DNA from: an uncultured Flavobacterium sp. | Lineage (GTDB): Bacteria; Bacteroidota; Bacteroidia; Flavobacteriales; Flavobacteriaceae | DNA length: 64,000 bases | Assembly: GCA_963513695.1 (NCBI GenBank) | Contig: CAUPRL010000014.1 | Coordinates: 14,050-78,049 of the forward strand | Reading direction: 5' to 3' | Shown here: positions 10,914 through 19,322 of the stretch, piece after piece | Layout of the letters: each line of letters opens with the position of its first letter | How positions within the stretch are numbered: position 1 is the stretch's first letter | Translations under genes and position numbers: made by a program | The notes under the pieces: generated by a model | The model's input: the letters and a program-made list of their open reading frames with translations, nothing else | Databases searched by the model: none | What the model was told of the DNA's origin: nothing

Positions 10914-13397
10914 TTATTTAACATTTATAATTGTTGTGCTACTTTGAAGCCCGTTTGCACTCGCTGTTAATTCTAACTTTTCTGCCTTGTTTCCTGCTTG
11001 AATTACGACCAAACATTTCCCGTTAAGGGCAGTATGTTTAGTTCCTTTATACGATTCGTGACTTACTGGGTCACCACTGCAAACTCCAACAATTTTTCCA
11101 CTTCCTTTTAATGAAAATTGGATTTCATTGTTGGCATTTGGCGAAAGAACTCCTTTTTCATCGGTAATATCTACAGTTACAAAAGACAAATCGTTGCCGT
11201 CGGCTGTTATTGTATTTCGGTCGGCTGTTAATTTTAATTTACTTGGATTTTCTGCCGTTTGAATAGCTGTTTCTTTCACTATTTTTCCGTTTTTACGAGA
11301 AATAGCTTTTAGAGTTCCTGACTGAAATGGCACTCGCCACATAATGTGCAAATCGTCTCCTATTTTCTTTTTGGTTCCTAATGATTTTCCATTCAGAAAT
11401 AGTTCAACTTCTTCGGCATTATTGTAGTAGACCCAAACATCAACATTTTGACCTGATTTCCAGTTCCAATGTGGGAAAAGATGCAAAACGGTTTTGTTTG
11501 TCCATTCACTTTGATACATATAATAAACATCTTTGGGGAAACCCGCCAAATCTACAATCCCGAAATAGGAACTTACAGATGGCCATTCGTAAGGCGTTGG
11601 TTCACCTATATAATCGAAACCCGTCCAGATGTACATTCCCGCAAGGAAATCGTATTTTTTCATCACTTTCCAAGTGGCTTCGTGAGTAGAACCCCAAGGC
11701 GCTTGCACTTGGTCGTAAGCCGAAACGGTATTGCCTGGATTTCCATCGGTAAATTTTAAATCCCAGCGAACAGGCCATTTCTTAATCACATCTGAAACGG
11801 AATCGTAATAACCACGAGTTTCTAATGCCGAAGTAGTTTCGGTAGCTATAAAAGGAATTTTTGGGAAGTTTTTTTGATGGTGTTCAAAAGTTTGATGGGC
11901 ATAATTGTAACCTATAATATCCAAAGCTCCCGAAGTTGCTAACTTATTGAAATAGGTTTTAGACTTTTCAAATTGCAAAGTTACTTCATCAATATTCATA
12001 TTTACGGCTGGATTCATAGCCGCAGTCACTAATCTTGTTGTATCTAATTTTTTTACAATTGCCGCCAATTCTTTGGCAATCACTACACCTTCATCACTCC
12101 ATTGCTCTGGAATTTCGTTTCCAATACTCCACATAAATATACTTGGATGGTTGCGATCTCGAAGGATTTGATCCTGTAAATCTTTGGCGTGCCATTGATC
12201 CCAGTCGAGACTGTAATCGTATTTGGTTTTGGCTTTTTTCCACATATCGAATGCTTCGTCCATAACTATGAAACCCATTTTATCGCAAAGATCTAATAGT
12301 TCTGGAGCAGGCGGATTATGAGAAGTCCGAATACCATTGACACCCATTTCTTTTAGAATCTCTAACTGACGTTCAATCGCTCTGGTATTAATAGCCGAAC
12401 CGAGTGGTCCTAAATCATGGTGCATGCAAACTCCCTTGATTTTGACTAGTTTTCCATTTAGAATAAAACCTTTATTAAGATCAAATTTGAAATTTCTAAT
12501 TCCGAAATTGGTTTTGTATTCGTCAACAATCTTGCCTTCTACGATAATAGTTGTAACCGCAGTGTATTGTTCAGGTTTTTCTACAGACCACAAAATAGGA
12601 TTTTTAACAATAATATCTTGATTTTGGACTTGACTTGCATTTGCTGCAATAGTTATATTTTGAGTAGCCGAAGTTACTTTAGTACTATTTTTGAAAATTG
12701 AAGTTGTAACAGTAACAGTTTTTGAAGAATTATATTGGTTTTTCAAAGTGGTTTCTAAATGCACTGAAGCACTTTCTGTTGTTACTTTTGGGGTTGAAAT
12801 GTAAGTTCCCCATTGGTCAACATGCAATTTATCTGTTGTTTCTAACCACACATTCCTAAAAATTCCTGAACCTGAATACCAACGAGAGTTAGGTTGTTTT
12901 GAATTATCAACTTTCACTATTATTTCATTGACTTTATCTCCATAATTTAAATAAGGAGAAAGCTCGTATTGAAAACCAATATAACCATTTGGGCGTTTGC
13001 CAAGATAATGACCATTTATCCAAACTTCACTATTTCGATACACCCCGTCAAAAATTATTGAAGTAATTTTATCTTTATTTTCAAGGGCAACTTTAAATGT
13101 TTTTTTATACCAACCCAAACCTCCATTTAATGATCCTCCACCGTAACCTGCTGGACTTTTTTCATCAAATTCACCTTCAATACTCCAATCATGAGGAAGA
13201 TTTAAAGTTCGCCAAATTGTAGTAGTATTGATAGTATCGTTATCTTTTACCTTATCATTCAAATGAAAACTCCATCCTGTATTAAAAATAACTTTTCTAT
13301 TACTAAAGTCAGGATTATCTTTTTTGATAGTAAATGCAAAAGCTGAAATCAGACCAAATATGGCAAGTGATCTAAAAAAATAGATTTGATTTTTCAT
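10914..13397 (-). CDS. GH2 beta-galactosidase-like glycosidase, first gene of the operon visible here
   Basis: 827 aa. Contains the NHPSIFMWSIGNE acid/base block, an N-terminal sugar-binding domain (LPHDWSIEGEFD) and a C-terminal Ig-like region. Confidence 0.85.
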   Translation of the reverse strand: MKNQIYFFRSLAIFGLISAFAFTIKKDNPDFSNRKVIFNTGWSFHLNDKVKDNDTINTTTIWRTLNLPHDWSIEGEFDEKSPAGYGGGSLNGGLGWYKKTFKVALENKDKITSIIFDGVYRNSEVWINGHYLGKRPNGYIGFQYELSPYLNYGDKVNEIIVKVDNSKQPNSRWYSGSGIFRNVWLETTDKLHVDQWGTYISTPKVTTESASVHLETTLKNQYNSSKTVTVTTSIFKNSTKVTSATQNITIAANASQVQNQDIIVKNPILWSVEKPEQYTAVTTIIVEGKIVDEYKTNFGIRNFKFDLNKGFILNGKLVKIKGVCMHHDLGPLGSAINTRAIERQLEILKEMGVNGIRTSHNPPAPELLDLCDKMGFIVMDEAFDMWKKAKTKYDYSLDWDQWHAKDLQDQILRDRNHPSIFMWSIGNEIPEQWSDEGVVIAKELAAIVKKLDTTRLVTAAMNPAVNMNIDEVTLQFEKSKTYFNKLATSGALDIIGYNYAHQTFEHHQKNFPKIPFIATETTSALETRGYYDSVSDVIKKWPVRWDLKFTDGNPGNTVSAYDQVQAPWGSTHEATWKVMKKYDFLAGMYIWTGFDYIGEPTPYEWPSVSSYFGIVDLAGFPKDVYYMYQSEWTNKTVLHLFPHWNWKSGQNVDVWVYYNNAEEVELFLNGKSLGTKKKIGDDLHIMWRVPFQSGTLKAISRKNGKIVKETAIQTAENPSKLKLTADRNTITADGNDLSFVTVDITDEKGVLSPNANNEIQFSLKGSGKIVGVCSGDPVSHESYKGTKHTALNGKCLVVIQAGNKAEKLELTASANGLQSSTTIINVK

Positions 13398-13530
13398 TTT
13401 TCAATATTAATTTAATGTTGCAGATTAATACTTATCGCGTTTATGTTAGTAAAAATTATCTTATATTATTTTTAATACCAATTTATGAATAACTCGAAAT
13501 TTTATTTAACCTATTTCGATTAGTAATTTC

Positions 13531-13538
13531 CAAAATTA
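13531..13538 (-). promoter_or_regulatory. Candidate -7 promoter box for the glycosidase operon
   Basis: The plus strand reads CAAAATTA, so the minus strand reads TAATTTTG. This matches the Bacteroidota sigmaA -7 consensus TAnnTTTG. It lies 133 nt upstream of the GH2 ATG. Confidence 0.4.
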
Positions 13539-13547
13539 TAACATTAT

Positions 13548-13578
13548 TATACTTATGGTAAATATGACAACAAGTATA
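13548..13578. promoter_or_regulatory. Inverted repeat TATACTTAT-N13-ACAAGTATA, candidate operator between the divergent -7 boxes
   Basis: The arms match 8/9 and were read directly from the sequence. A third TATACTTG copy lies at 13697-13704, just upstream of the regulator gene. Confidence 0.35.
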
Positions 13579-13590
13579 CATGTTTTTTTT

Positions 13591-13598
13591 TATATTTG
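13591..13598 (+). promoter_or_regulatory. Candidate -7 promoter box for the Nudix-type regulator gene
   Basis: TATATTTG matches TAnnTTTG. Confidence 0.4.
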
Positions 13599-13748
13599 CA
13601 ATAAAATGCACAATATTTCTATATTTAATAATATATTATTTACTATTTTCATAGATTGATAATAAAATAAAAAAATTAAGCATTTATGAAAAAGAATATA
13701 CTTGATTAAATAAATTTGAAGCCAAGAAAAAAATCTAACGAGAAAACT

Positions 13749-14438
13749 ATGACACCAAGTAATCAAACCATACTGAATGAGATTTCAATTGACTGCATTA
13801 TTTTTGGCTTTAACAATGGAATTCTCGAAGTCCTATTGGTAAAACACGCTATAGGTAATAGCATTGGAGAATGGGGGCTTCCTGGAGGTTTTATCAATGA
13901 AAAAGAGGGGATTGATGCCGCCGCCCATAGGTTACTTTTGGAACTAACAGGATTAGACAATATCTTTTTGGAACAAATAAAAGCATTTGGTAACCCCAAA
14001 CGAATCCCGACAAATAGAGTGATAACAATTGGTTATTATGCCTTGATTAACAGAGAAGAATATGACGTAAAAGCTGGTCTAACAGTATCTGAAGCCAAAT
14101 GGTATAAAATTGATTCGATTCCACATTTAATATACGACCACAATGAAATTTTAGATTTTGGTTTAAAAAAATTGCAAACGCGGATTCTTAAGGCCCCAAT
14201 TGGCTTCAATTTATTACCTGAAAAATTCACATTATTACAACTCATGCATCTCTATGAAGAAATTCTGGGCAAAGAATTAGACAAATCAAACTTCCGTAGA
14301 AAAATATTGAAAATGAAATTGCTTGTTGCCCTCGACGAAAAACAACAAGATGTGTCACATCGCGCTGCCCAATTATATCAATTTGATTCCAAAATATATG
14401 CAAAACTCAGCCAAAAAGGATTTAATTTTGAGCTTTAA
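13749..14438 (+). CDS. NrtR-like transcriptional regulator (non-catalytic Nudix domain plus C-terminal winged helix)
   Basis: The Nudix box is degenerate. GGFINEKEGIDAAAHRLLLELTGL has RL and EL where catalytic RE and EE are expected. The C-terminal part (FTLLQLMHLYEEILGKELDKSNFRRKI) is wHTH-like. I prefer ATG at 13749 over the track's TTG at 13716. Confidence 0.75.
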   Translation: MTPSNQTILNEISIDCIIFGFNNGILEVLLVKHAIGNSIGEWGLPGGFINEKEGIDAAAHRLLLELTGLDNIFLEQIKAFGNPKRIPTNRVITIGYYALINREEYDVKAGLTVSEAKWYKIDSIPHLIYDHNEILDFGLKKLQTRILKAPIGFNLLPEKFTLLQLMHLYEEILGKELDKSNFRRKILKMKLLVALDEKQQDVSHRAAQLYQFDSKIYAKLSQKGFNFEL

Positions 14439-15453
14439 GTAGTATTGATTCTATAAAATCAGTTATACTTTTATCGAAATTTTTACTTCCAGATATAAAC
14501 GAACTTCGTATTGGCAAATAAAACAATTGTTTGCTTAATAATTTACCTTTCAATCGGACATAATCTTTTTCAGTAGTGATAATTACCTTGTTTTGTGACT
14601 TATTTTTTATTTCTAGTAAGTCATTTTCTGCAAAATGATGATGATCTGGAAAAACTAATTTGTCATCATTTTTACTCTGCAAATGATTGAAAAACGGTTT
14701 CGGTTTTGCAATTCCAGCCAAAAGCAATTTATTGACATTCTTGATTTCGCTAACTTTCATCGAATTATCTTCCGAATAAATGGAATTGTCATAATCAATA
14801 AAGGAGAAATACAATTGTTGATTGGCAACCAATTGTAATTGGGCCTTTATTTTATTTTGTTCGTTAAGCGAAAGATTTGCAGGACATTTTGTTACAATAA
14901 TCACATTGGCTCGTTTTACTCCGCTCCTACTTTCGCGCAAATTCCCTGTTGGCAACATAAAATCATCTGAATACAATTCGCCGTAAGAAGTCAGCAAAAT
15001 ATAAAAACCCCCTTTTACTTTTCGGTGTTGAAAAGCATCGTCTAACAAAATTATTTCAGGTTTATTAGATTGTAAAAGCAATTGCTCAATGCCATTTTTT
15101 CTGTCAGCATCAACAGCTACTTGAATGTTTTTGAATTTACTATAAAATTGGAATGGTTCATCACCAAGAATTGCTGCATTTGATGTAGAATCAGCCAAAA
15201 CAAAACCTTTAGACTGTCTTTTATAGCCTCTACTTAATGTGGCCACTTTATATTTTGGCGAAAGCAACCGAATCAAATATTCGATTTGGGGAGTTTTTCC
15301 AGTTCCACCAACGCTAAGGTTACCTACTGCAATAACAGGAACATCAAAGGAAAAGGATTTCAAAATCCCTTTATCAAAAAGAAAATTCCGAATTCCAATA
15401 ATGAATCCATACAAAATGGCAAATGGAAAGAGTATTTTTCGAACTAAATTCAT
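14422..15453 (-). CDS. lpxK: Tetraacyldisaccharide 4'-kinase
   Basis: Contains the P-loop GNLSVGGTGKTP, is 343 aa and has an N-terminal membrane anchor. Its 3' end overlaps the convergent regulator gene by 17 nt. Confidence 0.9.
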   Translation of the reverse strand: MNLVRKILFPFAILYGFIIGIRNFLFDKGILKSFSFDVPVIAVGNLSVGGTGKTPQIEYLIRLLSPKYKVATLSRGYKRQSKGFVLADSTSNAAILGDEPFQFYSKFKNIQVAVDADRKNGIEQLLLQSNKPEIILLDDAFQHRKVKGGFYILLTSYGELYSDDFMLPTGNLRESRSGVKRANVIIVTKCPANLSLNEQNKIKAQLQLVANQQLYFSFIDYDNSIYSEDNSMKVSEIKNVNKLLLAGIAKPKPFFNHLQSKNDDKLVFPDHHHFAENDLLEIKNKSQNKVIITTEKDYVRLKGKLLSKQLFYLPIRSSFISGSKNFDKSITDFIESILLKAQN

Positions 15454-15505
15454 ACTACGAAAGTATACTATTTTATCATTATAAAAAAGTTGAGTTATTA
15501 ATTCC

Positions 15506-15513
15506 TAACTTTG
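15506..15513 (+). promoter_or_regulatory. Candidate -7 promoter box
   Basis: TAACTTTG lies 59 nt upstream of the Nif3-like GTG start. Confidence 0.35.
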
Positions 15514-15572
15514 TTTATTCGAAAAAAGTAAAAATGAAATCGAAGATTCACGAACACAAAAAAAACTGAACA

Positions 15573-16670
15573 GTGAGTAAAATCAAAGAAATAATTTCCG
15601 TACTCGAAGAAATGGCACCGCTCGCCTATGCCGAAGATTTTGACAATGTAGGCTTATTGGTAGGAGATAAAAACTCGGAAGCCACAGGAGTTTTGGTTTG
15701 CCACGATGCTTTGGAAACAGTGATCGATGAAGCCATCGCCAAAAAATGCAACTTGGTAGTTTGTTTTCACCCTATTTTATTTTCGGGATTGAAGAAAATC
15801 ACGGGCAAAAACTATGTGGAACGTTCCATAATAAAAGCTATAAAAAATGATATTGCCATTTATGCCGTCCACACCGCTTTGGATAATCACCAAGAAGGCG
15901 TGAATAAAATATTTTGTGATGCTCTAAGTTTAACTAATACTAAAATCCTGATTCCGAAATCAAATTTTATTCGAAAATTAGTCACTTATACCATTCCAGA
16001 AAATGCCGAAAAATTAAGAAATGCCTTGTTTGACGCCGGAGCGGGAAATATTGGTAATTACGAAAATTGTAGTTTCAATTCGAAAGGAATTGGCACTTAT
16101 ATGGGCAACGAACACAGCAATCCCGAATTTGGAGAGCGATTTGAATTTATGGAAACTGAGGAAATCAAAATCGAAGTAACTTTCGAAAAACATTCAGAAA
16201 ACAAAATCCTAAAAGCCCTTTTCAAAAATCATGTTTACGAAGAAGTGGCCTACGAAATTTATGATTTGCAAAACAAAAATCAAAATGTTGGTTTGGGAAT
16301 GATTGGCGAATTACCAGTTCCAATGGAAGAAAAAGATTTTCTAAACTTCGTTAAAGATAAAATGCAAGCCGATGGCATTCGACACAGCACATTTTTAGGC
16401 AAACCCATAAAAAAAGTGGCAGTATTGGGCGGTTCTGGAAGTTTTGCTATAAAAAATGCCATTCAAGCCGGAGCCGATGCCTTTTTGACGGCAGATTTGA
16501 AATATCACCAATTTTATGAGGCCGAAAATCAGCTTATTTTGGCCGATATTGGTCATTTTGAAAGCGAACGCTATACAAAAAATTATATTGTTGATTTTCT
16601 TCGGAAAAAAATCCTTAATTTTGCAATCGTTTTATCAGAAGAAAATACAAACCCAGTTAAGTACTTATAG
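15573..16670 (+). CDS. Nif3-like dinuclear metal centre protein (GTP cyclohydrolase I type 2 homologue family)
   Basis: Contains AEDFDNVGLLVGD, AVHTALD and ADIGHFESE. A GTG start is forced because an in-frame TGA sits 3 nt upstream. Confidence 0.85.
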   Translation: MSKIKEIISVLEEMAPLAYAEDFDNVGLLVGDKNSEATGVLVCHDALETVIDEAIAKKCNLVVCFHPILFSGLKKITGKNYVERSIIKAIKNDIAIYAVHTALDNHQEGVNKIFCDALSLTNTKILIPKSNFIRKLVTYTIPENAEKLRNALFDAGAGNIGNYENCSFNSKGIGTYMGNEHSNPEFGERFEFMETEEIKIEVTFEKHSENKILKALFKNHVYEEVAYEIYDLQNKNQNVGLGMIGELPVPMEEKDFLNFVKDKMQADGIRHSTFLGKPIKKVAVLGGSGSFAIKNAIQAGADAFLTADLKYHQFYEAENQLILADIGHFESERYTKNYIVDFLRKKILNFAIVLSEENTNPVKYL

Positions 16671-16680
16671 ACAATAGAAT

Positions 16681-17460
16681 ATGGCGACTACAAAAGAATT
16701 GAGTGTTGAAGACAAATTAAGAGCAATTTACGATTTACAATTGATTGACTCTAGAATTGACGAAATTAGAAACGTGAGAGGTGAATTGCCTCTTGAAGTA
16801 GAAGATTTAGAAGATGAAGTTGCAGGATTGAGCACACGTTCAGAGAAATTGAAAAAAGATCTTGAAACTATTGAAGACCTTATCAAGGTAAAGAAAAACT
16901 CAATTGATGAGCACAAAGAGGCTATCAAAAGATATACAAAACAACAAGAAACAGTTCGTAACAATAGAGAATTCAACTCTTTGACTAAAGAAGTGGAATT
17001 TCAAGAATTAGAAATTCAATTGGCCGAGAAGCAAATTAAAGAAATGAAAGCTTCTATCGAGTACAAGAAAGAAATAATTGCACAATCGAAAGAACGATTA
17101 GAAGTTAAATCGAACCATTTGAAACATAAAAAATCTGAATTGGAAGATATTATGTCTGAAACAGAGAAAGAAGAAACATTCTTATCTGAAAAATCATCAG
17201 AATATAGAGCTTCAATCGAACCAAGACTTTTGGCTGCATACGACCGCATCAGATTCAGTGTTCGCAACGGATTGGCAGTTGTTTCAATCGAAAGAGGAGC
17301 GTCAGCAGGATCATTTTTCACCATTCCACCACAAACACAAGTGGAGATTGCTGCTAGAAAAAAGATCATCACTGATGAGCACTCAGGAAGAATCCTTGTT
17401 GACAGCGTTTTAGCCGAAGAAGAGAAAGAAAAAATGGAACAGCTTTTTGCTAAATTCTAA
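16681..17460 (+). CDS. COG1579-type coiled-coil protein, the usual Nif3 partner, with a degenerate zinc ribbon
   Basis: Long heptad-rich coiled coil. The C-terminus IERGASAGSFFTIPPQ...DEHSGRILV aligns to the usual C.GC...LPPQ...C..CGRIL ribbon, but all four Cys are replaced. Confidence 0.7.
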   Translation: MATTKELSVEDKLRAIYDLQLIDSRIDEIRNVRGELPLEVEDLEDEVAGLSTRSEKLKKDLETIEDLIKVKKNSIDEHKEAIKRYTKQQETVRNNREFNSLTKEVEFQELEIQLAEKQIKEMKASIEYKKEIIAQSKERLEVKSNHLKHKKSELEDIMSETEKEETFLSEKSSEYRASIEPRLLAAYDRIRFSVRNGLAVVSIERGASAGSFFTIPPQTQVEIAARKKIITDEHSGRILVDSVLAEEEKEKMEQLFAKF

Positions 17461-17468
17461 AAATATTT

Positions 17469-17533
17469 AAGTCCCGTTGCAAATCGGGACTTTTTTTATA
17501 CTATTTTAGTCCGCTTTGCGGACTTTTTTTTTA
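17469..17533 (+). terminator. Two tandem rho-independent terminators
   Basis: AAGTCCCG-ttgcaaat-CGGGACTT followed by T7, then AGTCCGC-ttt-GCGGACT followed by T9. Confidence 0.8.
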
Positions 17534-17557
17534 GCACAATAATTCACTAAATATTTC

Positions 17558-18415
17558 ATGAAAAAAACATTTTATTTTTTGTTGACAAAATCGATTGGAG
17601 GTTATATTAACCTTATAAGTTTCGTTTTTCCAAAAAAAGCAACTCAAATGGCTCATGGCTATTTTAGCGAACCTCGAAAAGGAAAATTTACTATTGATAA
17701 ACTTCCCAAGACACTAAAAGAAGCCCATTCAGAAACCATCATTAATAACGAAGATAATATTCAAACCTATATTTGGAAAGGAAATGATACTATTATTTTA
17801 TTAATCCACGGCTGGGAAAGCAATTCATCAAGGTGGAAAAAAATGTTGCCTTATTTAAAAAAATCTGGAAGCACAATAATTGCCATCGATGGACCTGCTC
17901 AAGGATTGTCAAGCGGCAAAGAATTGACAATAATTAAGTATGCCGAATTTATTGATATAGTTTCAAAAAAATACCAACCTCATTATATTATAGGTCATTC
18001 GATGGGCGGAATGACTAGTATCTATTACCAATACAAATATCAAAATCCAACTATCAAAAAAATTGTGACTTTAGGTGCTCCAAGTGACTTTACCATTATT
18101 TTAAACAACTTTACTTCTTTACTAAGCTTAAATACTAGCCTTAAAAAATCGTTAGAAAAAAAATATACTGAATTTTTGCAACAGAGTTTAGACCAAATTT
18201 CCTCTAAAGAATTCGCGTCAAAAATTGATGTAAAAGGGCTGATTGTTCACGATATAGAGGACAAAATTGTTTTATTTAAAGAGGGAGAAAAAATAGCAGC
18301 AACATGGAAAGAAGTGCAATTTATAGAAACCAAAGGCCTAGGACATAAACTCCACGATGAGGATTTGTATAAAAAAGTATCTGCTTTTTTGTTTGAAACA
18401 GATCACCAACATTAG
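17558..18415 (+). CDS. Alpha/beta-fold hydrolase
   Basis: Contains the HGWESNS oxyanion region and the GHSMGG nucleophile elbow, with a C-terminal GHKLHDED. Confidence 0.8.
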   Translation: MKKTFYFLLTKSIGGYINLISFVFPKKATQMAHGYFSEPRKGKFTIDKLPKTLKEAHSETIINNEDNIQTYIWKGNDTIILLIHGWESNSSRWKKMLPYLKKSGSTIIAIDGPAQGLSSGKELTIIKYAEFIDIVSKKYQPHYIIGHSMGGMTSIYYQYKYQNPTIKKIVTLGAPSDFTIILNNFTSLLSLNTSLKKSLEKKYTEFLQQSLDQISSKEFASKIDVKGLIVHDIEDKIVLFKEGEKIAATWKEVQFIETKGLGHKLHDEDLYKKVSAFLFETDHQH

Positions 18416-18438
18416 AAATCACAAACAAAATATTTGAT

Positions 18439-18446
18439 TACTTTTG
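18439..18446 (+). promoter_or_regulatory. Candidate -7 promoter box only 4 nt from the rluF ATG
   Basis: TACTTTTG, then caat, then ATG. Confidence 0.4.
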
Positions 18447-18450
18447 CAAT

Positions 18451-19263
18451 ATGGAAGAAAATCTAAAACGGCTAAATAAATTCATTGGAGAAACGGGATA
18501 TTGTTCGCGCCGTGAGGCCGATAAAATCATCGAAGAAGGTCGTGTAACGATCAACGGAGTCGTTCCTGAATTGGGAACCAAAGTTGGACCAGACGACGAA
18601 GTACGCATTGATGGGAAGTTAATCCGAGAGAAAAGAGAAAAACCAATTTATTTGGCTTTCAATAAACCTGTTGGCATTGAATGCACCACCAACTTGGAGG
18701 TTCGCAATAATATTGTAGATTACATCAATTATCCAACACGAATTTTCCCGATCGGCCGATTAGACAAAGCCAGTGAAGGCTTGATTTTTATGACTAATGA
18801 TGGAGATATTGTCAACAAAATTCTTCGTGCCAGAAACAATCACGAAAAAGAATATACTGTAACAGTTAACAAACTTATAACCGATCGTTTCATCGAAAAA
18901 ATGAGCAATGGCGTGCCCATTTTAGATACGGTTACTCGAAAATGTAAAGTAGAAAAAATAAGTTCGACTACTTTTAAAATCATTCTTACCCAAGGTTTAA
19001 ACCGTCAAATTCGTAGAATGTGTGAATATTTGGGTTATGAAGTTACTGCTTTGAAACGTATCAGAATTATTAATATTTCGCTTGATGTTCCTGTGGGAAG
19101 ATTTCGCGATTTGACCGATGCTGAAATCAAGGAACTCAACCAACTAATTGAACCTTCGAGCAAAACAGAAGAAGCTAGTTTACCGAAACAAGAGCCCGCA
19201 AAACGAAGAACGGAATTCATCAAAAGAAATGATCCCCGATTTAAGAAAAGAGGAGATTATTAG
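18451..19263 (+). CDS. rluF: 23S rRNA pseudouridine synthase, RluF-like (RsuA family)
   Basis: Has an S4 domain ([30 protein letters not shown]), the catalytic loop [10 protein letters not shown], and [10 protein letters not shown]. The tail is basic. Confidence 0.85.
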   Translation: MEENLKRLNKFIGETGYCSRREADKIIEEGRVTINGVVPELGTKVGPDDEVRIDGKLIREKREKPIYLAFNKPVGIECTTNLEVRNNIVDYINYPTRIFPIGRLDKASEGLIFMTNDGDIVNKILRARNNHEKEYTVTVNKLITDRFIEKMSNGVPILDTVTRKCKVEKISSTTFKIILTQGLNRQIRRMCEYLGYEVTALKRIRIINISLDVPVGRFRDLTDAEIKELNQLIEPSSKTEEASLPKQEPAKRRTEFIKRNDPRFKKRGDY

Positions 19264-19322
19264 ATATAAAACAAAACCCAAAACTTTCGCCTTGGGCTAT
19301 CGACTCCTATTAAAAAACATAC

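Noticed and set aside
15534-15569. An 11-codon upstream ORF (MKSKIHEHKKN) ending in TGA 3 nt before the Nif3-like GTG start and in the same frame. Considered as a read-through or mis-called start.
   Set aside because: The GTG-initiated N-terminus (MSKIKEIISVLEE...) matches the family's normal start, and the upstream peptide has no counterpart in Nif3 proteins. It is probably a fortuitous mini-ORF in the leader.
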